DNA of 42,184 bases from an uncultured Bacilli bacterium (lineage in GTDB: Bacteria > Bacillota_I > Bacilli_A > RF39 > UBA660). Of this stretch, positions 9,266-18,324 are shown one piece after another. The notes beneath the pieces are model-generated. The model was not told where the DNA came from. It made no database searches and saw only the letters and a program-made list of their open reading frames with translations. The stretch spans positions 1-42,184 of the forward strand of contig CANRIE010000001.1 in NCBI GenBank assembly GCA_947630585.1, read 5' to 3'. The position numbers were made by a program, and so were the translations under genes. Every line of letters begins with the position of its first letter. The stretch's first letter is position 1.

Positions 9266-10498
9266 CTATTTTATTTCATAGTAATTTGTATAATCAATAT
9301 TTAATAAGTTTCGTTCATTAGGCTTTTTATATAAAGTAAACAAAGTATCTCCAATATTAACCTTATCACCAACTAATTTATTTAAAACAACTCCAACCGA
9401 ATAATCTATTTTATCTTCTTTATTAAGTCTTCCAGCTCCAAGTGAACATGATAGTTTTCCAATATTTAAGGCATTAATACTTTTAACTTCACCCTCTTTA
9501 GTTGCTTTAATTTTTTCAATATTTCGACTTATTTCAAGAGAATTAATGTCTCCTCCTTGATTTTTCACAAATTCTATGAATTTATTAAAGGCTTTTTTAC
9601 TATTAATAGCATCAATTACTTCTTTTTTGGCTTCTTCAATGGTTATATCTTTAGAAACTTTTATCATTTCAGTTGCAATTTTAATTGCTAAATCGGTTAA
9701 ATCTCCCTTTTTGCCTTGTAAAACATCCATAGCTTCAATTACTTCTAAAGAGTTACCAATATTAGAACCAAGTGGGGTATTCATATCACTTATTTCACAG
9801 ATTGTTTCTTTATGGTAATATTCTCCAATTTTTTCCATGATTTCTCGTAATGCTTCTGCATCTTCCCTTGTTTCCATCAACGCTCCGTTGCCACACTTAA
9901 TATCAATTAAAATTTTGTCAGCACCACCAGCAATTTTTTTAGACATGATACTTGATGCAATTAAAGGAATTGATGAGGTTGTTCCTGTTACATCTCGAAG
10001 AGCATAGATTGCTTTATCCATTGGGCACAAGTTAGCAGTTTGTCCAGTTATAGCAAGCCCTACAGTTTTTAAAGAATTAATAAATTCTTCTTCGGTTAAA
10101 CTGACATTAAAGCCATGTATACTTTCTAACTTGTCAATTGTGCCTCCCGTGTATCCTAACCCTCTTCCACTCATTTTAGGAACGATAACTCCACACGCTG
10201 CAACAATAGGTCCAATTATTAAAGTTATCTTATCCCCTATTCCCCCTGTTGAATGCTTATCAACTTTAACTCCAGGAATTGAACTTAAATCTAATACATC
10301 TCCACTTTTAATAAATATATCAACTAAATCAAAAATTTCTCTTTCACTCATACCATTAATACAAATTGCCATTAGTAAAGCTGACATTTGATAATCTTTA
10401 ACAAATCCTTTTAAATAACCATTAAAAGCCATTTCTAATTCTTCTTTTGTTAATTCTTCCTTAACCCTTTTTTTATTAATTATATCAACTATATTCAT
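9266..10498 (-). CDS. pdp: Pyrimidine-nucleoside (thymidine) phosphorylase
   Basis: The VDKHSTGGIGDK phosphate-binding motif and a glycosyl-transferase-3 core with a C-terminal PYNP domain. The ATG at 10498 has SD AGGAGA 8 nt upstream; the track start at 10516 is probably an extension. Confidence 0.9.
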   Translation of the reverse strand: MNIVDIINKKRVKEELTKEELEMAFNGYLKGFVKDYQMSALLMAICINGMSEREIFDLVDIFIKSGDVLDLSSIPGVKVDKHSTGGIGDKITLIIGPIVAACGVIVPKMSGRGLGYTGGTIDKLESIHGFNVSLTEEEFINSLKTVGLAITGQTANLCPMDKAIYALRDVTGTTSSIPLIASSIMSKKIAGGADKILIDIKCGNGALMETREDAEALREIMEKIGEYYHKETICEISDMNTPLGSNIGNSLEVIEAMDVLQGKKGDLTDLAIKIATEMIKVSKDITIEEAKKEVIDAINSKKAFNKFIEFVKNQGGDINSLEISRNIEKIKATKEGEVKSINALNIGKLSCSLGAGRLNKEDKIDYSVGVVLNKLVGDKVNIGDTLFTLYKKPNERNLLNIDYTNYYEIK

Positions 10499-10583
10499 AA
10501 ATCCATCTCCTACCAATATTATACAAAATAGATTTTATTTATTCAAGAAGAAAAATCGAAAATAAAAAAATTGTTTATTTTAC

Positions 10584-10612
10584 TTGAAATTCATTAAAAA
10601 ATATGATAATAT
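10584..10612 (+). promoter_or_regulatory. Promoter of the candidate sRNA
   Basis: -35 TTGAAA (10584-10589), 17-nt spacer, extended -10 TGaTAATAT (10604-10612). No protein gene lies downstream on this strand. Confidence 0.5.
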
Positions 10613-10618
10613 GAATAC

Positions 10619-10733
10619 ATGAAGGGATACTTCATATAATAAAAAAGGATATACCTAATTTGCTACTGTTAGGTACTATTCCAAGTGGGTTTAGCACACT
10701 AACGCATAGACATCGCTAGTGTGCTCTTTTACT
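10619..10733 (+). ncRNA. Candidate ~115-nt sRNA with three stem-loops, putative type I antitoxin
   Basis: SL1 is ATGAAG-GGATA-CTTCAT (10619-10635). SL2 is GGATATACCTAA...TTAGGTACTATTCC (10647-10682). SL3 is the terminator AGCACACTAACG-CATAGACAT-CGCTAGTGTGCT followed by CTTTT (10693-10730). It converges on the sORF at 10732-10809. Confidence 0.4.
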
Positions 10734-10809
10734 ATTTAAATAGTAAAATAAATACTACTACAAATAGTAGGACAATTATAACCCGAAGAAAAAAATTTTC
10801 TTTAGTCAT
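10732..10809 (-). CDS. Unlisted 25-aa hydrophobic peptide (MTKENFFLRVIIVLLFVVVFILLFK), candidate type I toxin
   Basis: SD AAAGGAAG upstream and a single TM helix with charged ends. An in-frame ATG 6 nt upstream (10815) is an alternative start. On the minus strand the SL2 hairpin followed by TTTTTT (10646-10641) would terminate this mRNA inside the sRNA gene. Confidence 0.45.
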   Translation of the reverse strand: MTKENFFLRVIIVLLFVVVFILLFK

Positions 10810-10878
10810 AAGCATCACTTCCTTTACAACAATATTTTTAGGATGTAGTCTTATCATGATTTTTTAATTGTCTATAAA

Positions 10879-10908
10879 GGAATAGCACCTAACGAATTAG
10901 ATATATCC
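10879..10908. repeat. Second, inverted copy of the SL2 hairpin module
   Basis: GGAATAGCACCTAAC-GA-ATTAGATATATCC closely resembles the reverse complement of 10647-10682 (GGAATAGTACCTAAC...TTAGGTATATCC). The two copies bracket the sORF. Confidence 0.5.
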
Positions 10909-10963
10909 AAGATTAATTATAAAATAATTGTATCAGTTATATCGAGATAAATTTGATACTTTT

Positions 10964-12160
10964 TTATTTCTCTAATAAGAAATCAATTATATTCTTATGA
11001 ATTATACCATTTCTTGAAAAATCATATTTATCCATAGTTATAACATATTTAGGATAATTATCATCAATTCCTGAATATGCTCCAAATTCTCTTTCGATTA
11101 CTTTTTCGTCGGATAAAATATAAGCAACTTGAACATATATTTTTTCATCAAATCTCGTTGCAACAAAATCTATTTCTTTACCATTGTTATTTCCAATACT
11201 TACATTATAACCTCTATATAAAAGCTCATTATAAACTATATTTTCTAAATATGATCCCATTTGAGTTTTTCTATCTTTATTAATAACTTGTCCTAATCCT
11301 AAATCTGTTAAATAATATTTATCTTTTCTTGATAAGATTCTTTTCCCTCTTATATCATAAGTCGAAATTTTAGACATTAAAAATGATGCTTCAACATAGT
11401 CTAAACAATCATAAACTGTTTTAGTAGAAATAGGTATTTCTTCTTTTTTAAATTCTTCTAACATATTTGTAGGTGAAAAAGTTTGAGATGGATTAGTTAC
11501 TAAATATTCTAATATTCTTTTGAATAAATTAACATTAGTTATATTGTATCTTGAAACAATATCTTTTATCATAATTGCATCAAATAAATCAGATAAATAT
11601 AGTTTAATTCTATCTATATCTTGAAAATCAAATCTTTGAGGCATACCACCCCATAGTAAATAATCATCAAAAGCATTTGCTATTTCTTCCTTATTTTTTA
11701 ATTTTTTAAGTTCTACTATTTCTTTAAATGTAAATGGAGATATTTTAAAAGATACATATCTTCCTGAAGGTAAAGTTGCAAGTTCTCCAGATAATAATTT
11801 AGAATTAGAACCTGTTACAAAAATAGAAACATTTAAAGTTGCTTTAAAAGAGTTGATTACTTTTTCCCAATTTTCAACTAATTGTATTTCATCAAAAAGT
11901 AAATAATATTTCTTTTTATCTTTTATTTTATCTTTAATATATTTATTTAAATCAAGATAATTTTTTATAAAATGATATTCGACATCTTCAAAATTAATAT
12001 AAATAATATGGTCTTCTTTAACACCTTTTTCTTTTAATTCATCAATTATTTGTTTTAATAATATTGATTTACCACATCTTCTAATTCCCATAATAACCTT
12101 AATTAAATCAGAATCATAAAAACCTCTAATTAAAGATAAATATTTTTCTCTTTTAATCAT
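10964..12160 (-). CDS. AAA_14 / DUF4143-family ATPase
   Basis: The Walker A context GIRRCGKS near the N-terminus, Walker B LLFDEIQ, and a C-terminal DUF4143-like region. This architecture is typical of this widespread orphan ATPase family. Confidence 0.75.
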   Translation of the reverse strand: MIKREKYLSLIRGFYDSDLIKVIMGIRRCGKSILLKQIIDELKEKGVKEDHIIYINFEDVEYHFIKNYLDLNKYIKDKIKDKKKYYLLFDEIQLVENWEKVINSFKATLNVSIFVTGSNSKLLSGELATLPSGRYVSFKISPFTFKEIVELKKLKNKEEIANAFDDYLLWGGMPQRFDFQDIDRIKLYLSDLFDAIMIKDIVSRYNITNVNLFKRILEYLVTNPSQTFSPTNMLEEFKKEEIPISTKTVYDCLDYVEASFLMSKISTYDIRGKRILSRKDKYYLTDLGLGQVINKDRKTQMGSYLENIVYNELLYRGYNVSIGNNNGKEIDFVATRFDEKIYVQVAYILSDEKVIEREFGAYSGIDDNYPKYVITMDKYDFSRNGIIHKNIIDFLLEK

Positions 12161-12256
12161 AACTCATCACCATATTCATTATATAACAAAAATAAAAAAA
12201 TGTCAATTATATTTTTCTGCAGGAAAATATAATCACTTTTTTCGGCTTTTATTTTC

Positions 12257-13087
12257 CTAATCTATTTTTTCATAATCTTCTAAAAAACTTTGATATTTAC
12301 CATTCTTTTTGTAACCTAAAACACAATCTAAATTAATATTATCTAAAGCTTTAAAAATATTATAATCAACATTAGGATTAATTTTCTTTAAATTTTTAAT
12401 TAATTCTTTAACTTCTAATCTTTTACTTGAATTTTCAACTTTATTTTTATTTTCTTCCGTAAACTTACAAGCACAGTTTAAGAATTCTAATTTATTATAA
12501 TTTTTCCAAGCAATAATATCTTCTTCTCTTATTAAATACATAGGTCTAATTAATTCTAAACCTTCAAAATTCTCACTATGAAGTTTAGGCATCATCGTTT
12601 TTGTTTCAGCTCCATACAACATTGAAAGTAAAGTTGTTTCAATTACATCATCAAAATGATGACCTAAAGCAATTTTATTGCAACCTAGTTCTTTGGCTTT
12701 ATTATATAAGAATCCTCTCCTCATTCTAGCACATAAATAGCAAGGACTTTTATCAATATTAGTTACAATATCAAAAATATCACTTTCAAATATTTGAATA
12801 TCTAAATTTAGTTTTTTAGCATTTTCAATTATTAAATCATGATTTTTTTTACTATAACCAGGATCCATTACAACATAATAAGCATCAAATTTAAACTTTC
12901 CATGTCTAATTAGTTCTTCTATACACTTGGCCATTAGAAACGAATCCTTCCCACCTGATATACAAACCATTATTTTATCATTTTCTTTAATTAATTCGTA
13001 TTCCGAACAAGCTTTAACAAATCTACTCCAAATTTCTTTCCGAAATCTTTTAATAATACTTCTTTCAATTTCTTGATAATTTTCCAT
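12257..13087 (-). CDS. PP-loop ATP pyrophosphatase, TtcA-like tRNA 2-thiocytidine synthase family
   Basis: The SGGKDS PP-loop plus Cys motifs (SPCYLCARMRRG; CACKF). It starts 15 nt after the copA stop. Confidence 0.75.
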   Translation of the reverse strand: MENYQEIERSIIKRFRKEIWSRFVKACSEYELIKENDKIMVCISGGKDSFLMAKCIEELIRHGKFKFDAYYVVMDPGYSKKNHDLIIENAKKLNLDIQIFESDIFDIVTNIDKSPCYLCARMRRGFLYNKAKELGCNKIALGHHFDDVIETTLLSMLYGAETKTMMPKLHSENFEGLELIRPMYLIREEDIIAWKNYNKLEFLNCACKFTEENKNKVENSSKRLEVKELIKNLKKINPNVDYNIFKALDNINLDCVLGYKKNGKYQSFLEDYEKID

Positions 13088-13102
13088 TTTAACACCTAAC
13101 TT

Positions 13103-15286
13103 TTATAATTTTTTTAATCGTAATGAATTTAGAAGCACTGTTACACTACTAATTGTCATAGCAATTCCTGCAAACATCGGATTCATACTTATTCCAAACG
13201 GACTTAATACACCTATTGCAATTGGAATCATGCAGCAGTTATAGAAGAATGCCCAAAATAAGTTTTCCTTAATATTCTTAATTGTTTTTAGACTTATCTT
13301 TATAAGTAAAGGAATTTTTTCTAAATCATCATTCATTAAAATAACATCAGCAGAATTTACAGCAATATCAGTAGCACTATTGAAACTAACTCCAACGGTT
13401 GCTGATTTTAAACTTGGAGCATCATTAATTCCATCTCCTACCATCATTACTTTATGATTACTATTAACAAGTTCTTTAATAACCTTAGTTTTCTCGCTTG
13501 GCATGACACTTGCTATAACCTTCTTAATTCCTAAACTATTAGCAATAATCTCGGCAGTTTCAGGGTTATCTCCAGTTAACATTACAATTTCTTTATTCAT
13601 TTCTTGTAATTTTAAAATGGCACTCTTCGCATCACTTCTAATAATATCTTTAACTCCAAATAAACCAAAAATTTTTTTATCAACAACTAAATAAACTATA
13701 CTATTCCCAAGCTTAGTTAACTCTTCTTCATCTTTTAAATAATCATTTTTTATTTTAAATTCTTTAAATAACTTATTATTTCCAATAATAATTTCTTCTT
13801 TGTTAATAGACCCCTTAACACCAATTCCTGGAATATTTAGAAACTCTTTAACATTTAAAAGTTTCTTTTTATTAGCATCTAAAAATGCTTTAGCAATTGG
13901 ATGGGGAGTTTTACTTTCTAAGCTTGCAACAATTCTAATTAACTCTTCATTTGATTTATCACTATAGTTTTTAATTTCTGAAATCTTTAAATTACCATAA
14001 GTTAAAGTTCCTGTTTTATCAAATACAATCGTATCAACTTGACTTGCACTTTCTAAAATTTCACTAGTTTTAATTAAGATACCATGGCGAGCACTTGCAC
14101 CAATTGAAATTACCATAGCAAGAGGCGTTGCAAGACCAAGTGCGCAAGGACAAGCAACAACTAACACCGTTGCCATTTTAATAACTGCATCATCTATTCC
14201 CACTCCAAATATTAAATAACCAATTAAAGTAAGAAAAGAAATACCTATAATTGCTGGTACAAAGTAACTACTAACTTTATCGGCTAATCTTTGAATATTA
14301 GCTTTTGTGTTAGTCGCTTCAACAACTAATCTAACTATTTCTGATATTGTTGAATCTCTTCCTATTCTTAAAGCTTTATATTCAAGGTAACCATCTATAT
14401 TAAGACTTCCGGCAACTACTTGATCATTTACAATCTTTTTAAATGGCTTTGATTCACCTGTTATAAATGCTTCATCTAAATGGGATTCACCTTTTGTGAT
14501 TACTCCATCAACTGCAATTTTCATTCCCGGTTTAGCAATTAAAATATCATCTTTTTTAACTTCATCAATTGTTATTTCAATTTCTTTATCTAAATCTTTC
14601 TTTAAAGCCTTAGTAGGTGTAATTTGAACTAATTCTTTAATTGCTTCTTTAGTTTTTCCTTTACTTTCCTTATCGATTATTCTTCCTAATTTAATAAAGA
14701 ATATAATAATAGCAACTGATTCAAAATATAAATTCATGTGGTATTCCATCCGACCAAGACAAATCATGATAAATGATACTAAACTAATTATAAAACTTGA
14801 AAATACTCCTAGCGTCACTAAAGTATCCATATTAGGATTTTTATGAATTAAATTCTTAATCCCATTTTCAAATATATCTCTTCCATACCAAAGAAATGGA
14901 ACTGTTAAAACAAGTAAGGTTAAAGCATAATTAAAATGATTTTTAAAGAAACTAATATTAGGTAAATGAAACATATCTGACATTCCTATATATAGAATAA
15001 GTATAGCAAGAGGTAAAAAGATAAATAATAATTTTTTATCTTTAGAATTATCATCATCAATATCTTTTTTCTCATCAAATATTCCTAAACTTTCATATCC
15101 TTTTTCTTTAATATATTTTTCTAAATTTAAAACTGTTAAGGAATCATCATATTCAATATAAACTTCTCCGAGAACCAAATTAACATTAGCTCTTATTATA
15201 CCTTCTTTACTATTTAAATGTTTTTCTAAACCACTAGAACAAGCACTACAACTCATTCCTCCAATTTTTAAAATTATTTTTTTCAT
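13103..15286 (-). CDS. copA: Copper-translocating P1B-type ATPase
   Basis: An N-terminal HMA domain (GMSCSACS), CPC in TM6 (ACPCALGLATP), DKTGTLT and GDGINDAP. Confidence 0.9.
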   Translation of the reverse strand: MKKIILKIGGMSCSACSSGLEKHLNSKEGIIRANVNLVLGEVYIEYDDSLTVLNLEKYIKEKGYESLGIFDEKKDIDDDNSKDKKLLFIFLPLAILILYIGMSDMFHLPNISFFKNHFNYALTLLVLTVPFLWYGRDIFENGIKNLIHKNPNMDTLVTLGVFSSFIISLVSFIMICLGRMEYHMNLYFESVAIIIFFIKLGRIIDKESKGKTKEAIKELVQITPTKALKKDLDKEIEITIDEVKKDDILIAKPGMKIAVDGVITKGESHLDEAFITGESKPFKKIVNDQVVAGSLNIDGYLEYKALRIGRDSTISEIVRLVVEATNTKANIQRLADKVSSYFVPAIIGISFLTLIGYLIFGVGIDDAVIKMATVLVVACPCALGLATPLAMVISIGASARHGILIKTSEILESASQVDTIVFDKTGTLTYGNLKISEIKNYSDKSNEELIRIVASLESKTPHPIAKAFLDANKKKLLNVKEFLNIPGIGVKGSINKEEIIIGNNKLFKEFKIKNDYLKDEEELTKLGNSIVYLVVDKKIFGLFGVKDIIRSDAKSAILKLQEMNKEIVMLTGDNPETAEIIANSLGIKKVIASVMPSEKTKVIKELVNSNHKVMMVGDGINDAPSLKSATVGVSFNSATDIAVNSADVILMNDDLEKIPLLIKISLKTIKNIKENLFWAFFYNCCMIPIAIGVLSPFGISMNPMFAGIAMTISSVTVLLNSLRLKKL

Positions 15287-15307
15287 AAGTTTCCCCTTTC
15301 AAAATAA

Positions 15308-15335
15308 ATTATACTATTATTTATCTTCAAGTCAA
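15308..15335 (-). promoter_or_regulatory. Promoter of copA
   Basis: Minus strand: -35 TTGACT (15335-15330), 16-nt spacer, -10 TATAAT (15313-15308), then SD GAAAGGGGA. Confidence 0.5.
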
Positions 15336-15378
15336 GAAAAAAAGAACCAAAGTTCCTTTTCTAAATTACCTTAAATTA

Positions 15379-15633
15379 TTATTTTTGAATTCTTGTAATT
15401 TTAATTGTATAGCCAAGAGGAGCTAAAATTTTAAGTAATGTACTAACTTGAGGAGATGTAATTGAATTTTCAATTCTAGCAATTGTCTCTCTAATAACAT
15501 TAGCTTTATCAGCCATTTCTTGTTGAGTCATTTCATGTGCCTTTCTTAAAGCATGAAATTCTGCTACAAATTCTTCTTCAAGTTCTTTTAACATAGCTTC
15601 TCTTTCGCTGTCTTTGTTAACAACTTTTTTCAT
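15379..15633 (-). CDS. XRE-family helix-turn-helix transcriptional regulator (84 aa)
   Basis: HTH segment MTQQEMADKANVIRETIARIENS. The ATG at 15633 has SD GGTGGTGA. The track's longer start (15684) would run through the gene's own promoter. Confidence 0.8.
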   Translation of the reverse strand: MKKVVNKDSEREAMLKELEEEFVAEFHALRKAHEMTQQEMADKANVIRETIARIENSITSPQVSTLLKILAPLGYTIKITRIQK

Positions 15634-15655
15634 TATATTCACCACCAACAAATAG

Positions 15656-15684
15656 ATTGTATTATATTTATGGCATTTTTGCAA
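15656..15684 (-). promoter_or_regulatory. Promoter of the XRE gene
   Basis: Minus strand: -35 TTGCAA (15684-15679), 17-nt spacer, -10 TACAAT (15661-15656). Confidence 0.5.
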
Positions 15685-15720
15685 GTATTTTTGTGCTTTT
15701 TTTTCAAAAAAATTACAATT

Positions 15721-15760
15721 TTAGCCTATTTTTGGCCTTTTTTAGCTATTTTTAGCCTAT
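15721..15760. repeat. Four helically phased 10-11 bp units (TTAGCC/TTGGCC/TTAGC plus T-tract)
   Basis: The sequence is TTAGCCTATTT TTGGCCTTTTT TAGCTATTTT TAGCCTAT. Units start at 15721, 15732, 15742 and 15752, immediately upstream of the XRE promoter. Confidence 0.5.
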
Positions 15761-16347
15761 CCAGTGATAAAAATTATTACATCTTTACCTAATTTAGTAC
15801 CAAAATCTGTTTTTATATCATTGAAAAATCGTGAGAATAAAACATCATCTTCGCTAAAGATTTTATCGCAACTAAACCAAAGACTTAGTATATCAAAAGT
15901 AATAGTAACATTCTTAGTCCTCTTATCAGAACAATATGTAACCAGCCAGTAATTATCATACCAATTCGCACTATCTAGTCCACTTATTTCTTTACCCTTA
16001 TATAAGAAGATTGGTCTATCTTCGTCATCCATTTTCAAAATTAAAGGATAATTTTCTTGATTAAATTCTTTACTTTGAAAAACTTTCATGTTATCTTCTA
16101 ATTCATAATCTAATATACTAAGATACATCTTTTTACTTAATTTAGATATTAAATCGTGAATATTATTATTAAACACGTCTTCCTTTAAAGTAAATACAAC
16201 CCCATTTTGGTAGATTTCAGATTCATAATCATCCGTATTAATAAATCTTTTTAAATCTTTTCTTAAATTTTTCTCTAATTCAGTTGGTGTTAATTCGCAT
16301 TCATCTTTCTTTATAATTCTAATTTGGGATGCAACACACATTTTCAT
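15757..16347 (-). CDS. Hypothetical cytoplasmic protein, 196 aa, no family recognised
   Basis: A long ORF with its own promoter and no TM helix or signal peptide. I recognise no catalytic motif. Confidence 0.6.
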   Translation of the reverse strand: MKMCVASQIRIIKKDECELTPTELEKNLRKDLKRFINTDDYESEIYQNGVVFTLKEDVFNNNIHDLISKLSKKMYLSILDYELEDNMKVFQSKEFNQENYPLILKMDDEDRPIFLYKGKEISGLDSANWYDNYWLVTYCSDKRTKNVTITFDILSLWFSCDKIFSEDDVLFSRFFNDIKTDFGTKLGKDVIIFITG

Positions 16348-16385
16348 ATATCATTCCATAGCAATTTCTTTCTAGTATCTCTTTG

Positions 16386-16430
16386 GATACAGCAAATTGT
16401 ATCATAAAATATCATGGTGCCAACTAAAAT
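16386..16430 (-). promoter_or_regulatory. Promoter and palindromic operator of the 196-aa gene
   Basis: Minus strand: -35 TTGGCA, 16-nt spacer, extended -10 TGaTACAAT. The inverted repeat GATACA-N6-TGTATC (16386-16403) overlaps the -10 and start region. Confidence 0.4.
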
Positions 16431-16450
16431 AATACAAATTTTGTACTTTT

Positions 16451-18295
16451 TTAAGATAATCCTATAGTGTAAGCACTTTCAGGACTCATCCCATCTCCTC
16501 CAGTTATTATGACATTTGAATTTAAAGAGATGGATGGCCGAACGCCATACGTGCGTGATGAAGGTGTATCGCTACTTGAATAGCCATAGTTGTAGACGTT
16601 CCGCACATCAGAGACACTATATGGTGTCATTAACCATATATATGTTGAAGTATCATCATAACCTTTTCCTAACATTGCAGAAAACATTTCTCCTACTCTT
16701 GACAATCCTACTAATCCTTGCCATGTACTTGTAGTTCTTGTGCAACTACTTGTTGGGTCTGTTGTATTACTTTCACTACATATCGAATTTTTATAACTCG
16801 ATGATGATCCAACTTGTCCCAAATAGTATGTTCCAGTTGTTATATAATTTTCTAATTCACTTGTTAACCATATATTATTCAAATAATAACTCCAATATTT
16901 ATCATCACTATCAGTTGCAACTGATGTTGCCCAACTTACATTGCTTCCAAAATTTTTAGTTAATACTGCTCCACTATCATCTCTTATATAATCAATGCTT
17001 GTTAATTTTGTTGTTCTATTTTCTATTCCTACTATTCTGTATACTCTATTATCTACTTTGACATACTCGCCGTTTAATCTAGTGTTGATTAATTCTCCAC
17101 TATTTCCAGGCTCCTTATCTCCGCTTATTCGATATGGATTAGTCTCACTTCCATCTCCTCCTGATACTATTTCGATATTGGATTTTAGATTTATGGACGG
17201 GCGAACGCCATACGCATATGAAGAAGACACAGCTGCGAACAAGGAGCCGTTGGATTGCACATACCGCACATTTGTACCACTATATGGTGTTATTAACCAC
17301 CATATATAACCTATATTTAAATATCCGTTTGAATAATTTACATTTTTATAACTTTGATAATATTCATAAACATTTAATAATCCGACATCTCCGGTTATCT
17401 TTGTTGCAGTACTATCATCTATTGGTGGTCTTGCTGGAGTTGAATTTTTATCTTCAGTTACATTCCAACTTGTATTTTGAACGATTATTTCTTCATAATT
17501 ATATAAAGTATCCTTAAAATCTTCATTTAACCATTGATATATCCAAGAATTTTCATAAGTTGTATCTGCTCCCCAATTTATTGCTGTTATTTCATCTTGA
17601 GTTACTAATTTCATTGAACCATCTGGATTTATGGCTGTTATTCTCCATAATTTTCCGGAATACCAAACATAATTAAAATTAATTGTTTCATTATCTCCTG
17701 ATAAATAGATAGTTCCATCTTCATCAGTTATAGAATTAGTATCATCTAATTTATCAATAAAACTTTTTTCTAATACTTGATTTCCTTCAACAACTACTTT
17801 AGCTTTAAATTCTTTATTCATATAAGTATTATCAGCAGTCTCATCTAACCATACTTTAACATGATATTCACTTGTTTCTCCAACTTTTAATTTACCATTA
17901 TTTTCTATATATTTATCCTCATTTAATATTTTAGGTTCAGAATATCCTTTATTATCTTTATTTACTATATATTTTATAACTGTTTTAAATTCAGGTTCTG
18001 TTGATAACTCTTCTATATAAACATTATAATTAGCAACTAAATTACCTGTATTTTTTACTTGGAATACTAGTTCTTGTTCTAAAGATTTACCTTCTTCATC
18101 AGTCATTGGATACATATTAGTAAGATTTAAAAACTGAGTTTTCGAGTCAACAAATGTAACTTCTAATGTACCTACATTAATTACATAACTATTATTTGAT
18201 TCTTTAGTATACATTAAATAAGCATAACTAGAACCTAGTATTAATACTAAACTTAATGTTATTATCATTATTAATAAATTTCTTTTATTATTCAT
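16451..18295 (-). CDS. Secreted/surface protein, paralog 1 (614 aa): SipW/TasA-class signal peptide, N-terminal beta-rich domain, two WW(L)ITP...GVRPSI modules (DUF6273-like)
   Basis: The N-terminus MNNKRNLLIMIITLSLVLILGSSYAYLMYTKESNNSYVINVGTLEV resembles the TasA/camelysin signal pattern (h-region, then xYAYF/L, then N-x-F/Y...GTL). Two repeats end WWLITPYSG...YGVRPSINL...GGDGSETNPY and IWLMTPYS...YGVRPSISL...GGDGMSPESAY. Confidence 0.7.
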   Translation of the reverse strand: MNNKRNLLIMIITLSLVLILGSSYAYLMYTKESNNSYVINVGTLEVTFVDSKTQFLNLTNMYPMTDEEGKSLEQELVFQVKNTGNLVANYNVYIEELSTEPEFKTVIKYIVNKDNKGYSEPKILNEDKYIENNGKLKVGETSEYHVKVWLDETADNTYMNKEFKAKVVVEGNQVLEKSFIDKLDDTNSITDEDGTIYLSGDNETINFNYVWYSGKLWRITAINPDGSMKLVTQDEITAINWGADTTYENSWIYQWLNEDFKDTLYNYEEIIVQNTSWNVTEDKNSTPARPPIDDSTATKITGDVGLLNVYEYYQSYKNVNYSNGYLNIGYIWWLITPYSGTNVRYVQSNGSLFAAVSSSYAYGVRPSINLKSNIEIVSGGDGSETNPYRISGDKEPGNSGELINTRLNGEYVKVDNRVYRIVGIENRTTKLTSIDYIRDDSGAVLTKNFGSNVSWATSVATDSDDKYWSYYLNNIWLTSELENYITTGTYYLGQVGSSSSYKNSICSESNTTDPTSSCTRTTSTWQGLVGLSRVGEMFSAMLGKGYDDTSTYIWLMTPYSVSDVRNVYNYGYSSSDTPSSRTYGVRPSISLNSNVIITGGDGMSPESAYTIGLS

Positions 18296-18324
18296 ATTCT
18301 TTTTACTCCTATCATTATAAATAA

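Noticed and set aside
10619-10733. The candidate sRNA, considered as a known housekeeping RNA (SRP/4.5S, 6S, tmRNA) or as a riboswitch/leader.
   Set aside because: It is too short and lacks the conserved SRP domain IV or tmRNA features. It has no downstream gene on its strand to regulate and ends in a full terminator.
15287-15378. A CopY box (TACAnnTGTA) or CsoR-type operator upstream of copA.
   Set aside because: I found neither motif. The region holds only a sigma-A-type promoter and the terminator hairpin of the upstream XRE gene.
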